This document shows positions 28,573-36,711 of a DNA stretch of 51,627 nt, piece by piece (positions within the stretch are counted from its first letter, which is position 1; each line of letters starts with the position of its first letter). Made by a program: the position numbers and the translations under genes. The notes beneath the pieces are model-generated. The model worked only from the letters and a program-made list of their open reading frames with translations, ran no database searches and was not told the DNA's origin. The DNA is from Escherichia phage tonijn: the sequence record NC_049818.1; one strand, written 5' to 3'.

Positions 28573-28964
28573 TGAAGAAATTTTTATTTACACCAATCGC
28601 AATGGCGGTGATCTTGTCTGGATGTTCAAGCGTTACGCCACTGACCGGATTAATCGGCAGTAAGCCGGAAATAACAGCACAGGCTGGCGCGGAGAACGTG
28701 AAGCAGACAGTTGGCATTACAGCAAAGCAGGACGCCAGCACAAAACAGGAAACCACAATAAAGGAATCTGCGGTTGACAAGGTGGACACGTCCAGCAAGA
28801 AGGATTTCACAACATCAACCATTCAGGCCAATACCATCAAGGCAGACAAAATTCAGGTCGTGCAGGGTAATAACGGCAGATGGTACGATCCAATAATCAT
28901 ATGCGTGGTTGTGTTCATTGTGCTGATTTGTCTTTACTGGAGGGAAAAGAAAAAGGAGGCTTAA
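28569..28964 (+). CDS. Unimolecular spanin (lipoprotein with C-terminal TM helix)
   Basis: ATG 28569 overlaps the endolysin stop; lipobox ILSGCSS at the N-terminus and TM segment [16 protein letters not shown] at the C-terminus. Confidence 0.6.
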   Translation: MMKKFLFTPIAMAVILSGCSSVTPLTGLIGSKPEITAQAGAENVKQTVGITAKQDASTKQETTIKESAVDKVDTSSKKDFTTSTIQANTIKADKIQVVQGNNGRWYDPIIICVVVFIVLICLYWREKKKEA

Positions 28965-28982
28965 TGCCTCCTTTATTTTTAT
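28956..28982. terminator. Bidirectional terminator at the lysis cassette / leftward block boundary
   Basis: Hairpin aggaggcttaatgcctcct followed by T-rich tract. Confidence 0.55.
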
Positions 28983-29203
28983 GCGTCGGGCCACATATGA
29001 GTTTCGTTTGTTGGCTTGTTCGATTCGTCGTACTGCCTTACTTCAATGCTGCAAGTGTCGCCGTACAGTTCTGCAATCTTGCGCTCATTTTCAACCGCCG
29101 ATTGCTCACTCCATCCAAAATCCCTGTCGTAAATTGTCGGTATTTCAGCAGAAGATCCGTTGTCATGATTATATACGCGAACTACTAAAAACTTGCTGGA
29201 CAT
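28979..29203 (-). CDS. Hypothetical protein
   Basis: 74-aa ORF downstream of the element copy at 29240-29283. Confidence 0.45.
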   Translation of the reverse strand: MSSKFLVVRVYNHDNGSSAEIPTIYDRDFGWSEQSAVENERKIAELYGDTCSIEVRQYDESNKPTNETHMWPDA

Positions 29204-29239
29204 AATTTTACCTTTTGGTTGTTTCGTTTCGATGAAACA

Positions 29240-29283
29240 AATATACCCGACACTAGGCCGGGCGTTTTAACAAAAAATGCTAT
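29240..29283 (-). promoter_or_regulatory. Conserved 20-bp element plus hairpin; right arm of the inverted pair with 26021..26066
   Basis: The - strand reads AATAGCATTTTTTGTTAAAACgcccggcctagtgtcgggtATATTT. Confidence 0.5.
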
Positions 29284-29474
29284 TCCATACGCTTTACCGT
29301 AACCAGTAATACACCATCATCATTGCATAAAACATGTTCAGTGGTGCTAAAAGCGCGCATATCTGAATAAAGTAGCGTAAGTAAAGCATGAATAAAATCC
29401 TCATGTGATATTGAATTTACGGCGCAGTGCTTCAAGATCTTGTCTATTAGCTTTTGCCTGGAACAATTCATCAT
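29280..29474 (-). CDS. Small hypothetical protein (start uncertain; overlaps the end of 29401..29796)
   Basis: Stop TAG embedded in the 20-bp element as in other boundary cassettes; alternative internal start at 29360. Confidence 0.3.
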   Translation of the reverse strand: MMNCSRQKLIDKILKHCAVNSISHEDFIHALLTLLYSDMRAFSTTEHVLCNDDGVLLVTVKRME

Positions 29475-29796
29475 CGCCCATCTCCCCTATTCTCGCCATA
29501 TCCCTGATCCAGTCGTTGCGCATACCATCCAGGCTATACAATTCGAATCCGAAAGGACGCTTTGACGATCCTTTGGACCAGTATTTACCGCAGACCCCAT
29601 CTATATAGCCAGCCGTCATCATTCTTGCGCAAAATTCCTTAGATGCAAGGCTGGCGAACATTCGCGGCGTAAGTCCGGCGGCACGTGCGAGCCGCTCGCA
29701 TTCTCTATGCTGATAGATAAATTTGGCTATGTGCTGCCTGTTAAACCAGTCGTATGACTCACACCATTTATACAGATCAAGCAAAAACATAATCAT
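29401..29796 (-). CDS. Hypothetical protein
   Basis: 131-aa ORF; ATG overlaps the stop of the upstream gene (ATGA). Confidence 0.5.
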   Translation of the reverse strand: MIMFLLDLYKWCESYDWFNRQHIAKFIYQHRECERLARAAGLTPRMFASLASKEFCARMMTAGYIDGVCGKYWSKGSSKRPFGFELYSLDGMRNDWIRDMARIGEMGDDELFQAKANRQDLEALRRKFNIT

Positions 29797-31373
29797 CCCA
29801 GCAGTATTGGATTTACAAAAATAACACCATTAATCACACAAACATAATTTCTCTCTTCCAGCATTGGCAGCAAGTGCCCTTCTATCCTCTTCATTACGCC
29901 AGCTTGACCAACGAAAGGTTTTACCTTTCTCGCTGATTCGTACAGGGCGCGGATATTCAGAATCCCTTTATTAGCCTTGCCGTGTCTAGTGATCAATTCA
30001 ATCAATTTACCCATTTCAGCATCATCACCAGCATAACCAGAAGCATTGGCGGCGCTAATGTATGTTTTGCTCAATTCCTGAAACATGATCAGCGCCTCTT
30101 GCATTGTTTCCACGTCGATCTCTTTCGACTTCTGCGGGTATCCAGCAGGATTAAACCAGTTGCGGATAACATGCAGGACGGAAGCAAGCCTGATCACCTG
30201 TTTATCCATTTTACCCAGCGCACCGCGTAACATTGTATGAGAATACTTTCCGCCGTCTGCAAGATGCGGTTCCATATCCTGGCGAGCAATGTTGAGCACT
30301 CGCATAGCTGAACGGCTTATTTTCAGCGATACATTTGATTCGCTCATGATGTTATGCACCAATTGATAATATTGGGCCTTCAATTCAGAATCCACCGCCT
30401 CATAGGTAGAATCACCATTTTCATCAATGAATGAGCGACGGCCTAAGAATGATTCCTCACGTACCAACAAAAAGCGCTCACTCACACCGATACCGCGCGA
30501 TCCAGCGTCCATGATTCCGCTTATCGTTTCATCCTGGGCTATAACGCTCATACATCCAAGTGCGCGAAAACTCATGTTATTGTCAGCATTAGCACGGGCA
30601 ATTGATACGTGACCATTATCCCACGCCTTAAGCACTAGCTCGCTGTTAGTCTTCCTTTCGCTATTGGCATAGGTCAAGCCTAACAGACTGTTAATACTTG
30701 TTGCTTCGTCAGATATTACGGCAAAGTTACCTTGCTTGTTGTTGATTTTTGCCAAGCCTTCTGGAGTTGTATCTGAAACAGGGAAAGTTATATCACACAT
30801 CTTTTCCAGCTTCTCCTCCAGATCCTCTTTTTCCTGGTATAGAGATTCCATATCAGCGCCTGATCTTTCGCTTTTCATCTCCTTTGCAAGACCTGCCAAC
30901 TTTGCCTGTATTTTCTTTCTTTCCTTGCGGCGTTGCTCGTTGATCTTCTCAACTTCCGCAATCATCGGAGCAATAGCCATACTATTGATCGCAGATTTAC
31001 CAGTTGACGGCGGCTGGCTTGTAACAACGTAAAGCGCAGTCGGCTGATCGGTTCCGTGATAGTCAACCGTAAAGCGTCCAAGCATAGCGGCAGAAATGCA
31101 GCCGATAAAGTGCATGTAAGCTGATGATTCAGGGAATTGAACGGATCGCGCAATGCTGCGTGATAGCTTGCCGACAACATCAATATCATTACCAAGAGAA
31201 ATAACGGGGTAGCGATCGTGACCGCTATTTACATCCTTCACGTCGCCCCAAAAGCTGGACGACTGGCGATAGCCGTTAGCCTGAATTGATACGCGAACTG
31301 GTGAAAGGTTCTGGCTTTCAGCCATAGCGATTATTTGCTGTGGAGTTAATTTGTTCGTTTCTAATGAAAACAT
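29793..31373 (-). CDS. P-loop NTPase of unknown function (Walker A and B)
   Basis: 526 aa; Walker A QPPSTGKSA and Walker B-like FAVISDEAT; AAGGAG RBS. Confidence 0.55.
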   Translation of the reverse strand: MFSLETNKLTPQQIIAMAESQNLSPVRVSIQANGYRQSSSFWGDVKDVNSGHDRYPVISLGNDIDVVGKLSRSIARSVQFPESSAYMHFIGCISAAMLGRFTVDYHGTDQPTALYVVTSQPPSTGKSAINSMAIAPMIAEVEKINEQRRKERKKIQAKLAGLAKEMKSERSGADMESLYQEKEDLEEKLEKMCDITFPVSDTTPEGLAKINNKQGNFAVISDEATSINSLLGLTYANSERKTNSELVLKAWDNGHVSIARANADNNMSFRALGCMSVIAQDETISGIMDAGSRGIGVSERFLLVREESFLGRRSFIDENGDSTYEAVDSELKAQYYQLVHNIMSESNVSLKISRSAMRVLNIARQDMEPHLADGGKYSHTMLRGALGKMDKQVIRLASVLHVIRNWFNPAGYPQKSKEIDVETMQEALIMFQELSKTYISAANASGYAGDDAEMGKLIELITRHGKANKGILNIRALYESARKVKPFVGQAGVMKRIEGHLLPMLEERNYVCVINGVIFVNPILLG

Positions 31374-31392
31374 TCGTTAGCTTCTCCTTTGT

Positions 31393-31444
31393 GGGCCGTA
31401 AATTTTAACGGCCCAATACTACCCCGTTTTGTCAAAAAGTGCTA
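31393..31444 (-). promoter_or_regulatory. Conserved 20-bp element (variant) plus hairpin upstream of the P-loop NTPase gene
   Basis: The - strand reads ATAGCACTTTTTGACAAAAC then the hairpin gggccgttaaaatttacggccc then RBS. Confidence 0.45.
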
Positions 31445-31663
31445 TTTGATCCGCTCTATTGCAACCAGAAGTCGATCAGGCTGGCGGTCGCTGTAGCATT
31501 CTCCTGTAATCCCATCCTTAAACGTAAAGTAAAGCGCCTTATGATATGAAAAACCAATCAGCCAACCTACCGCCGTTTTTTTGATGGGCCTGACTATATC
31601 GCCAGGCTTGAAAGTCTTTGTGGTAGAATTCGTTACTTTGTAACGGTTTTCACTGTTTATCAC
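31442..31663 (-). CDS. Hypothetical protein
   Basis: 73-aa ORF; stop lies within the element. Confidence 0.45.
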   Translation of the reverse strand: MINSENRYKVTNSTTKTFKPGDIVRPIKKTAVGWLIGFSYHKALYFTFKDGITGECYSDRQPDRLLVAIERIK

Positions 31664-32046
31664 AGATATTTGCCCTCAAACAGATAACAGCCGCCAGCAG
31701 AGAATCCGACCTCTTCACGGTACAGGTTCCAGCGGTCGCCGCACTCATCAAAAACATAACCCGCAACGCTTCCAAGCGGTCGCCCTTTCTCGATCTGGTA
31801 TCGCTTGCCCTGCTTAAAGTGCTTTTTGCACGGCATGTTATGATCTACAAACGTGCAAAGAACGGTTTTTGTGTTAATGGCGCGGTAATCATCTCGGTTT
31901 GCTGGAAGCCAGCGGCTACCCTTAACAAGCGTCTTAACCTGGAACTCTTCCACCTCGATCACATCATCACTTCCTGCAATCTTCTGATAAACCGTTTTAA
32001 AACGGCCTTTCATCAATACGTTGGTTTCATTACAGATAACATTCAT
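31660..32046 (-). CDS. Hypothetical protein
   Basis: 128-aa ORF with AGGAG RBS downstream of the element at 32075-32119. Confidence 0.5.
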   Translation of the reverse strand: MNVICNETNVLMKGRFKTVYQKIAGSDDVIEVEEFQVKTLVKGSRWLPANRDDYRAINTKTVLCTFVDHNMPCKKHFKQGKRYQIEKGRPLGSVAGYVFDECGDRWNLYREEVGFSAGGCYLFEGKYL

Positions 32047-32074
32047 GATCAGATCTCCTTTGTTTGTTCGATGT

Positions 32075-32119
32075 GATTATGCCAGGTTTTTACACCTGGC
32101 TTTTAACAAAAAGTGCTAT
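32075..32119 (-). promoter_or_regulatory. Conserved 20-bp element, hairpin and ATAATC
   Basis: The - strand reads ATAGCACTTTTTGTTAAAAgccaggtgtaaaaacctggcATAATC. Confidence 0.5.
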
Positions 32120-32832
32120 TTTGAGTTTGACTCAAAGACGGCGCGAGCAAATCCGCGCGGAGTGAGGGAGCGGATCATCTTTGTGCGCGATGACTTACCG
32201 CCAGTTTTGGCCCAGCCTGGATTATCTTTGTCTTCCTCTTTCGGCAGGATTAAAGCGCGCGGAGGAATAACAAAGCCGTTTCCAGTCCAGAGGCACGTTT
32301 TCTTAAAATAGCGATCCCGTGCCGGAATAATATCAGGGAAGTCGGGATGTTTATCATCTTCCGGCAGATAGCCAGCGTAATCGCACGGATGGAACGTATA
32401 ATCAGGCTTTCGCCATAACGTTGACAACTTGCCAACCGGATTTTCGATCATGTAAGGAACACCGAAATAATCAGCTATATCAGCCGCGATTCTGCAAGTG
32501 TCGGCGGCCTCATCCTGGAACGATGGATTCTCAAGGCGTTTTTTGGCCCAATGGCGAGATCCGCTATTTGCAAGGTCGGTGCATGGTGGGAAGGCCATAA
32601 TAAAATCAGGATTGCCCCACTCATTATTGATTGCCTTAACATAAAAAGCATCATCAATCCAGACGTTAACGTATTCGATATTCTCATGCTGTATGCGCAC
32701 TGACTGGTAATCACCGTGATCGCCGCCGTCAGCATTAAAGCAAATGCACTTATAGCCATTATCAGCCCAATCTTTAACGGCTTTACCAGATCCATCAAAT
32801 AGGGAGAATATTAAACCTTTATACATCGTCAT
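32116..32832 (-). CDS. DNA cytosine-5 methyltransferase-like protein (compact)
   Basis: ATG 32830-32832 after GAGG; motifs LFDGSG (FxGxG), FPPCTD (PC motif), ENPVG (ENV-like), RSLTPRGFARA (C-terminal motif); 238 aa. Confidence 0.5.
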   Translation of the reverse strand: MTMYKGLIFSLFDGSGKAVKDWADNGYKCICFNADGGDHGDYQSVRIQHENIEYVNVWIDDAFYVKAINNEWGNPDFIMAFPPCTDLANSGSRHWAKKRLENPSFQDEAADTCRIAADIADYFGVPYMIENPVGKLSTLWRKPDYTFHPCDYAGYLPEDDKHPDFPDIIPARDRYFKKTCLWTGNGFVIPPRALILPKEEDKDNPGWAKTGGKSSRTKMIRSLTPRGFARAVFESNSK

Positions 32833-32836
32833 TACC

Positions 32837-33061
32837 TCAAAACGGAAAACAGCGCGGACAACTAGGATCGAAATCGCATCCACAATCATTAACAATCATA
32901 TTGGGATCTGCAAATATTGCGCTTGATTCAAGATCCATATCCATATCACCTAAAGCCTCATCAAGAGTCTTAATTTTATATGCCACTTCAAGCGCCGCCT
33001 CTTTATTTATTCCGGCATCTTCTGCCATTTGAAGGCGCTCAAAAAAACCGTCCTGACTCAT
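32837..33061 (-). CDS. Hypothetical acidic protein with C-terminal Cys cluster
   Basis: 74-aa ORF; start overlaps the stop of a small upstream ORF. Confidence 0.45.
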   Translation of the reverse strand: MSQDGFFERLQMAEDAGINKEAALEVAYKIKTLDEALGDMDMDLESSAIFADPNMIVNDCGCDFDPSCPRCFPF

Positions 33062-33174
33062 CGCATAACTCCCTTAATAACAGCCAAGATAATAGCCAGG
33101 CCAGCAGCAGTAACCAAAAATCCAACCGCGCCAATAATCGAATAAAAAAAGAAATCAATAGCTTTATCTATCAT
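33058..33174 (-). CDS. Small hydrophobic membrane protein (38 aa), below the ORF-track cutoff
   Basis: ATG 33172-33174 after GAGGTG; sequence MIDKAIDFFFYSIIGAVGFLVTAAGLAIILAVIKGVMR; stop overlaps the next ATG. Confidence 0.4.
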   Translation of the reverse strand: MIDKAIDFFFYSIIGAVGFLVTAAGLAIILAVIKGVMR

Positions 33175-33216
33175 TTTTCACCTCATTTAAAAGGCGGCAA
33201 AACGCCGCCAGATTAA

Positions 33217-33444
33217 TTAAAGAGCGCGCCAACTTTGAATATAGAAAGCGTTTTCCTCCAGTAATTCTTTTACCTGATCTTTATTGTATTTGCGCACCTT
33301 ACCGCCTGGATGGATACCAATAAGATAGCCGCCTTTGCCCTCGGTGATAGTGATTTGGCTAATTCCGCAGGACTTATCAAGTTTTACAGCCACGCGGTGA
33401 TGAGCGTCAATAGTTGCCATAATGTTTAAAACTTTTGCTTTCAT
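33217..33444 (-). CDS. Hypothetical protein
   Basis: 75-aa ORF. Confidence 0.45.
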   Translation of the reverse strand: MKAKVLNIMATIDAHHRVAVKLDKSCGISQITITEGKGGYLIGIHPGGKVRKYNKDQVKELLEENAFYIQSWRAL

Positions 33445-33552
33445 TTAAATATCCTCAATTGAAATATGAATGACGTGGCGCTCTTTTTCCGTCGCCGCCG
33501 TAATGGTCATTTGCAACCGCCACCATCCAAGCGTTTTTGAAAATAAATAGCC

Positions 33553-33765
33553 TCATTTCTTATTTTTCAGCTTAAATTTATGACCTGGAACACCAGCGCC
33601 AATATACCCATCGTTGTATTCCATTAAATAAAGGTGAAGACCATTATCTGAAATTACATGAGGATCTTCTTTGAGATTTCCCATTAGTGGATATTCTTTT
33701 CCGCGCGTAAATTTCCAAATTGAGTTATAAGTTTCTACGCATTTAAGTTTTAATTGCTTTGCCAT
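33553..33765 (-). CDS. Hypothetical protein
   Basis: 70-aa ORF. Confidence 0.45.
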   Translation of the reverse strand: MAKQLKLKCVETYNSIWKFTRGKEYPLMGNLKEDPHVISDNGLHLYLMEYNDGYIGAGVPGHKFKLKNKK

Positions 33766-34046
33766 TATGCGATCCCAGTTACGTTAAAACTTACAGCCTT
33801 TGTTGCGCTAAATACATAAGCATCAACAGCGCCGCCAAATACACGAATTTTACCCTGGCCGTACTGCGCATTCATATTTCGCCAAACCGTTCTATTAGAA
33901 CAGAATGCGCTACCAGTCTTAATAAGCGTATCCATCTCTTTTCTTAGATCGCGATAGTCAAGCCAGAATCTAAAGGCGCGCTGTTTAATTCGCGCCGCCT
34001 TGATTTTTTCTCTTGCGCTATTGAAATCATTCTTTTCGTATGCCAT
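33765..34046 (-). CDS. Hypothetical protein
   Basis: 93-aa ORF, start/stop overlap with neighbours. Confidence 0.45.
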   Translation of the reverse strand: MAYEKNDFNSAREKIKAARIKQRAFRFWLDYRDLRKEMDTLIKTGSAFCSNRTVWRNMNAQYGQGKIRVFGGAVDAYVFSATKAVSFNVTGIA

Positions 34047-34243
34047 TAAATGATCTCCATGTATGTTTCAAAGCCATTTAACTTGAACAGGCCGTTTTCA
34101 CATTTGCGCACGTTCCAAGTTAGCCCTGAGTGGTACGCCTCCATATCATCAAGGTCAATGGTGATTTCAGCGCCTTTCTTAAACAAACCTTTTTCGTGAG
34201 ACTTGTCGCGCTTAACAACTTTAACATCAACTTGATTTTCCAT
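34046..34243 (-). CDS. Hypothetical protein
   Basis: Start at an internal ATG (34241-34243) with GAGG RBS, downstream of the element/-10 at 34275-34318. Confidence 0.45.
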   Translation of the reverse strand: MENQVDVKVVKRDKSHEKGLFKKGAEITIDLDDMEAYHSGLTWNVRKCENGLFKLNGFETYMEII

Positions 34244-34274
34244 CTTTAAATCCTCGTTTGTTGTCGATGTATGT

Positions 34275-34318
34275 AATATACCATTCAGGCGCACATCGTT
34301 TTTAACAAAAAGTGCTAT
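34275..34318 (-). promoter_or_regulatory. Conserved 20-bp element plus TATATT
   Basis: The - strand reads ATAGCACTTTTTGTTAAAAA, 19 nt, then TATATT, then a conserved leader ACATACATCGACAACAAACGAGGA. Confidence 0.5.
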
Positions 34319-34605
34319 TGAACAACCTTACCAGTTAAAGAGATAAGTTGCCTTGTAATCTTGTGGCGGCGATACTTACGCGCAACAACAGGAAGGCTTT
34401 CACCGCTTTGATGACCAAAACAGATCGGCAATTCACCTTCAAGGGAGCGGAAGCCACCAAATTCAAGATCCCGCACTGGCTTCGTGCGCCAGGCTTCAAT
34501 AAATCCGCGCTCGTCACGAGTGATATAGCGGTATATGTTCGGGAGGGGCAATTGTATCCCCTCAAAATCCACGGTATCGTTATAGCTATAAAACTTAGAA
34601 CTCAT
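34315..34605 (-). CDS. Hypothetical protein
   Basis: ATG 34603-34605 after GGAG; 96 aa; stop TAG inside the element. Confidence 0.45.
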   Translation of the reverse strand: MSSKFYSYNDTVDFEGIQLPLPNIYRYITRDERGFIEAWRTKPVRDLEFGGFRSLEGELPICFGHQSGESLPVVARKYRRHKITRQLISLTGKVVQ

Positions 34606-34747
34606 AGTCAACAACTCCAAACTCATTGACGATTTGCGCCTTGTAGAATCCGCCATTTTTCGCCAGGTTGTAACAAGCGGCTACGGTTTCAAATTCGCGC
34701 GCTTCCGGCTGGCTGTTTTCGTGTTCCCAAGTAATCAGAGTAACCAT
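34595..34747 (-). CDS. Small hypothetical protein (50 aa), below the ORF-track cutoff
   Basis: ATG 34745-34747 after GAGGA, directly downstream of the element/-10 at 34781-34826. Confidence 0.4.
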   Translation of the reverse strand: MVTLITWEHENSQPEAREFETVAACYNLAKNGGFYKAQIVNEFGVVDYEF

Positions 34748-34780
34748 TTTCAAATCCTCGCATTCGTTGTCGATGCGTGT

Positions 34781-34826
34781 AATGTACAGGAATGCGAGGA
34801 TTGAGTTTTAACAAAAAGTGCTATTT
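34781..34826 (-). promoter_or_regulatory. Conserved 20-bp element plus TACATT
   Basis: The - strand reads AAATAGCACTTTTTGTTAAAAC, 18 nt, then TACATT, then a conserved leader. Confidence 0.5.
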
Positions 34827-35088
34827 AGTCCAGGAATTCGATTTCACGCTCTCCAGTTAACGGATCCACAAGCCAGAATCCGAGCGGTTCGCCGTGCATA
34901 CCGCCATAGAATCCAAGCGCCGTCAGATCTTCACCTTTAACAAATACCAGGTTTCCGCTACGGCTTACGTGAGAAACGTTAACGATAACCGGAAATGTGC
35001 GATCCTTAAATGCGGGCCGCAGGGCGTAACATCCGTTATTGAGCAAACGTGCTTTGCGCTTAACTGGAATAGGTGCATTAATTTTCAT
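34825..35088 (-). CDS. Hypothetical protein
   Basis: 87-aa ORF with GGAG RBS. Confidence 0.45.
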   Translation of the reverse strand: MKINAPIPVKRKARLLNNGCYALRPAFKDRTFPVIVNVSHVSRSGNLVFVKGEDLTALGFYGGMHGEPLGFWLVDPLTGEREIEFLD

Positions 35089-35100
35089 GGTTATTACTCC

Positions 35101-35313
35101 TTATCGTAAAGATTTAAAGACGTATAGTTTATTGCGGTAACTATATATCCGCATTGTTATTTCTCGCAGTGCAATATATTCCTTCCTGTTTTCCGGCAGA
35201 CTGGCGAGCAACAACAGGCAGTATTTATAAGCGCGGTCAAGATTCCTTTCCGTGCCCCTGCAATATCCCTTGTTGCGCCTGGAGCGGTACAGCCATAACA
35301 ATTTCTTGAACAT
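35101..35313 (-). CDS. Hypothetical basic protein
   Basis: Start at an internal ATG adjacent to the stop of the upstream gene; 70 aa. Confidence 0.35.
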   Translation of the reverse strand: MFKKLLWLYRSRRNKGYCRGTERNLDRAYKYCLLLLASLPENRKEYIALREITMRIYSYRNKLYVFKSLR

Positions 35314-35314
35314 T

Positions 35315-35524
35315 TCAGATACGCCCATACAGATCACAGACTTCGTTGATAAAATTGCTTTGCGCCCCTTTGTTGTCACGCTCAAGAATTGCGCGGCATT
35401 CAAACTTATGATTATGCACGATGACTACAACCATGTTTTCAGGCATTGAGCGGTTATAGCGTTGCGCATCACTGATTGAAACATCCATACCCATCTCATG
35501 TGCTTTCTTGATCACATCCAACAT
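35315..35524 (-). CDS. Hypothetical protein, paralog of 35512..35778
   Basis: Start at ATG (MLDVIKK); shares the motif FIN(D/E)VC(L/D)L with the upstream gene. Confidence 0.45.
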   Translation of the reverse strand: MLDVIKKAHEMGMDVSISDAQRYNRSMPENMVVVIVHNHKFECRAILERDNKGAQSNFINEVCDLYGRI

Positions 35525-35778
35525 TTTTTCTTCTCCTGCAATAAGCAAACATCATTGATAAAATCAGCACGGCCCTTAATGTTGCTGATGTGGAACGTCT
35601 TTTCAGCGTACAGGCCATCACCTTCAATCACGATCATTACGCGAGTCGGTTTATTCACGGGCGCACACGAAAAGAGTGGGCGCACCGGAAGAAATTTAGT
35701 AGCCACATCCAGGTTAGCCCTGGCGGCCCTGCAAAATGCCTCCGCCAGATCCAAATCATTTTCGGTAATCACCGCCAT
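35512..35778 (-). CDS. Hypothetical protein, paralog of 35315..35524
   Basis: 88-aa ORF. Confidence 0.45.
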   Translation of the reverse strand: MAVITENDLDLAEAFCRAARANLDVATKFLPVRPLFSCAPVNKPTRVMIVIEGDGLYAEKTFHISNIKGRADFINDVCLLQEKKKCWM

Positions 35779-36050
35779 TACTTCTTGATCTCCTCACTGA
35801 TAAATTTCAGCACCTGACGCAAGAAAACCTCGTTGTTGATAGTCGCTGGCAATTCTTCTTTCACTTCTTGCGGCAGATAGATATTGCCGTGCCAGGTCAA
35901 GCAATCGTAGTTGATACGATAAGAGCAAAGCCACTCGCAATCGTTATCTGCTTCCCAAATACAGAGTTGCAGAACATCGCCAAAATCTTCAACAGTCAGA
36001 TCCAGACCGTGACGCTTAGCGAAATTGAAAGTGGTTTTGCTGATGTTCAT
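35778..36050 (-). CDS. Hypothetical protein (first gene of the leftward block)
   Basis: 90-aa ORF with AGGAG RBS downstream of the element/-10 at 36085-36130. Confidence 0.5.
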   Translation of the reverse strand: MNISKTTFNFAKRHGLDLTVEDFGDVLQLCIWEADNDCEWLCSYRINYDCLTWHGNIYLPQEVKEELPATINNEVFLRQVLKFISEEIKK

Positions 36051-36084
36051 TGCTATCTCCTGAGCGGTTCGTTTTGATGTGTGT

Positions 36085-36130
36085 AATGTACCCGATCAGG
36101 TGGCCTGAGTTTTAACAAAAAGTGCTATTT
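36085..36130 (-). promoter_or_regulatory. Conserved 20-bp element plus TACATT, driving the leftward block
   Basis: The - strand reads AAATAGCACTTTTTGTTAAAAC, 18 nt, then TACATT. Confidence 0.5.
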
Positions 36131-36159
36131 GACGGTTAGCGCCAGGATTGTGATCGAAA

Positions 36160-36247
36160 TAATCAAAAGTAATCATTCGTAATCAAATCACGTCAAAATG
36201 ATGATTGCCTTTGCAAATTTGATGAGAAAAGTAATCACGATTAATCA
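36160..36247 (+). repeat. Five direct repeats of (G/T)TAATCA with 10-bp phasing; candidate operator/iteron array
   Basis: Copies at 36160, 36169, 36179 (about 10 bp apart) and 36231, 36241. Confidence 0.5.
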
Positions 36248-36683
36248 TTGGTTGCAGGGGAGATAGTGAAACCTTCCCCTCTTGCCTCACTTTTTTGCCT
36301 GGCTGTCAGTGGCTGTTGTCTTTTGTTCACCCCTGTTACCGATTTCAGGCGGCGTGTTTCCGCGCGGTTTTCCGGTGTAGCGAAAACGAAAAAAACAAAA
36401 AAAATCCTATATAATACATTGAAAATAAAGATTATTTATTTATATATATCTATAATGTTTTCTTTTTGTTCTCACTGTTACAGTGCTTTTTGTTGGTTAT
36501 GGTGTGGTTGTGTGTGGGCATATATGGATAGTTGCGCGCGCGGCGGATTGCATATGTATATATACTTTTTCCGGCGGATTGCGTTAACAGCGTGAACAGA
36601 AAAATAACAGCCGCGAAATCAATAACTTGCGCATGATTTTGTAGTTTTTCGATATTGGTAACGTTTTGAATACAACAAAAACA

Positions 36684-36711
36684 TTGACACGCACCAAATA
36701 GCTTTTATAAT
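36684..36711 (+). promoter_or_regulatory. Consensus sigma70 promoter TTGACA-N16-TATAAT for the rightward early block
   Basis: TTGACA 36684-36689 and TATAAT 36706-36711; the track ORF start at 36710 lies inside the -10 and is rejected. Confidence 0.7.

Noticed and set aside
28880-29205. Plus-strand ORFs 28880..29188 and 28981..29205 after the spanin gene
   Set aside because: They overlap the bidirectional terminator and the better-supported - strand gene 28979..29203; no RBS.
36248-36595. Track ORF of 115 aa across the GT-rich part of control region B
   Set aside because: No RBS; the Cys/Trp/Val-rich product is a by-product of TG-repeat DNA; it lies between divergent promoters. Treated as non-coding.
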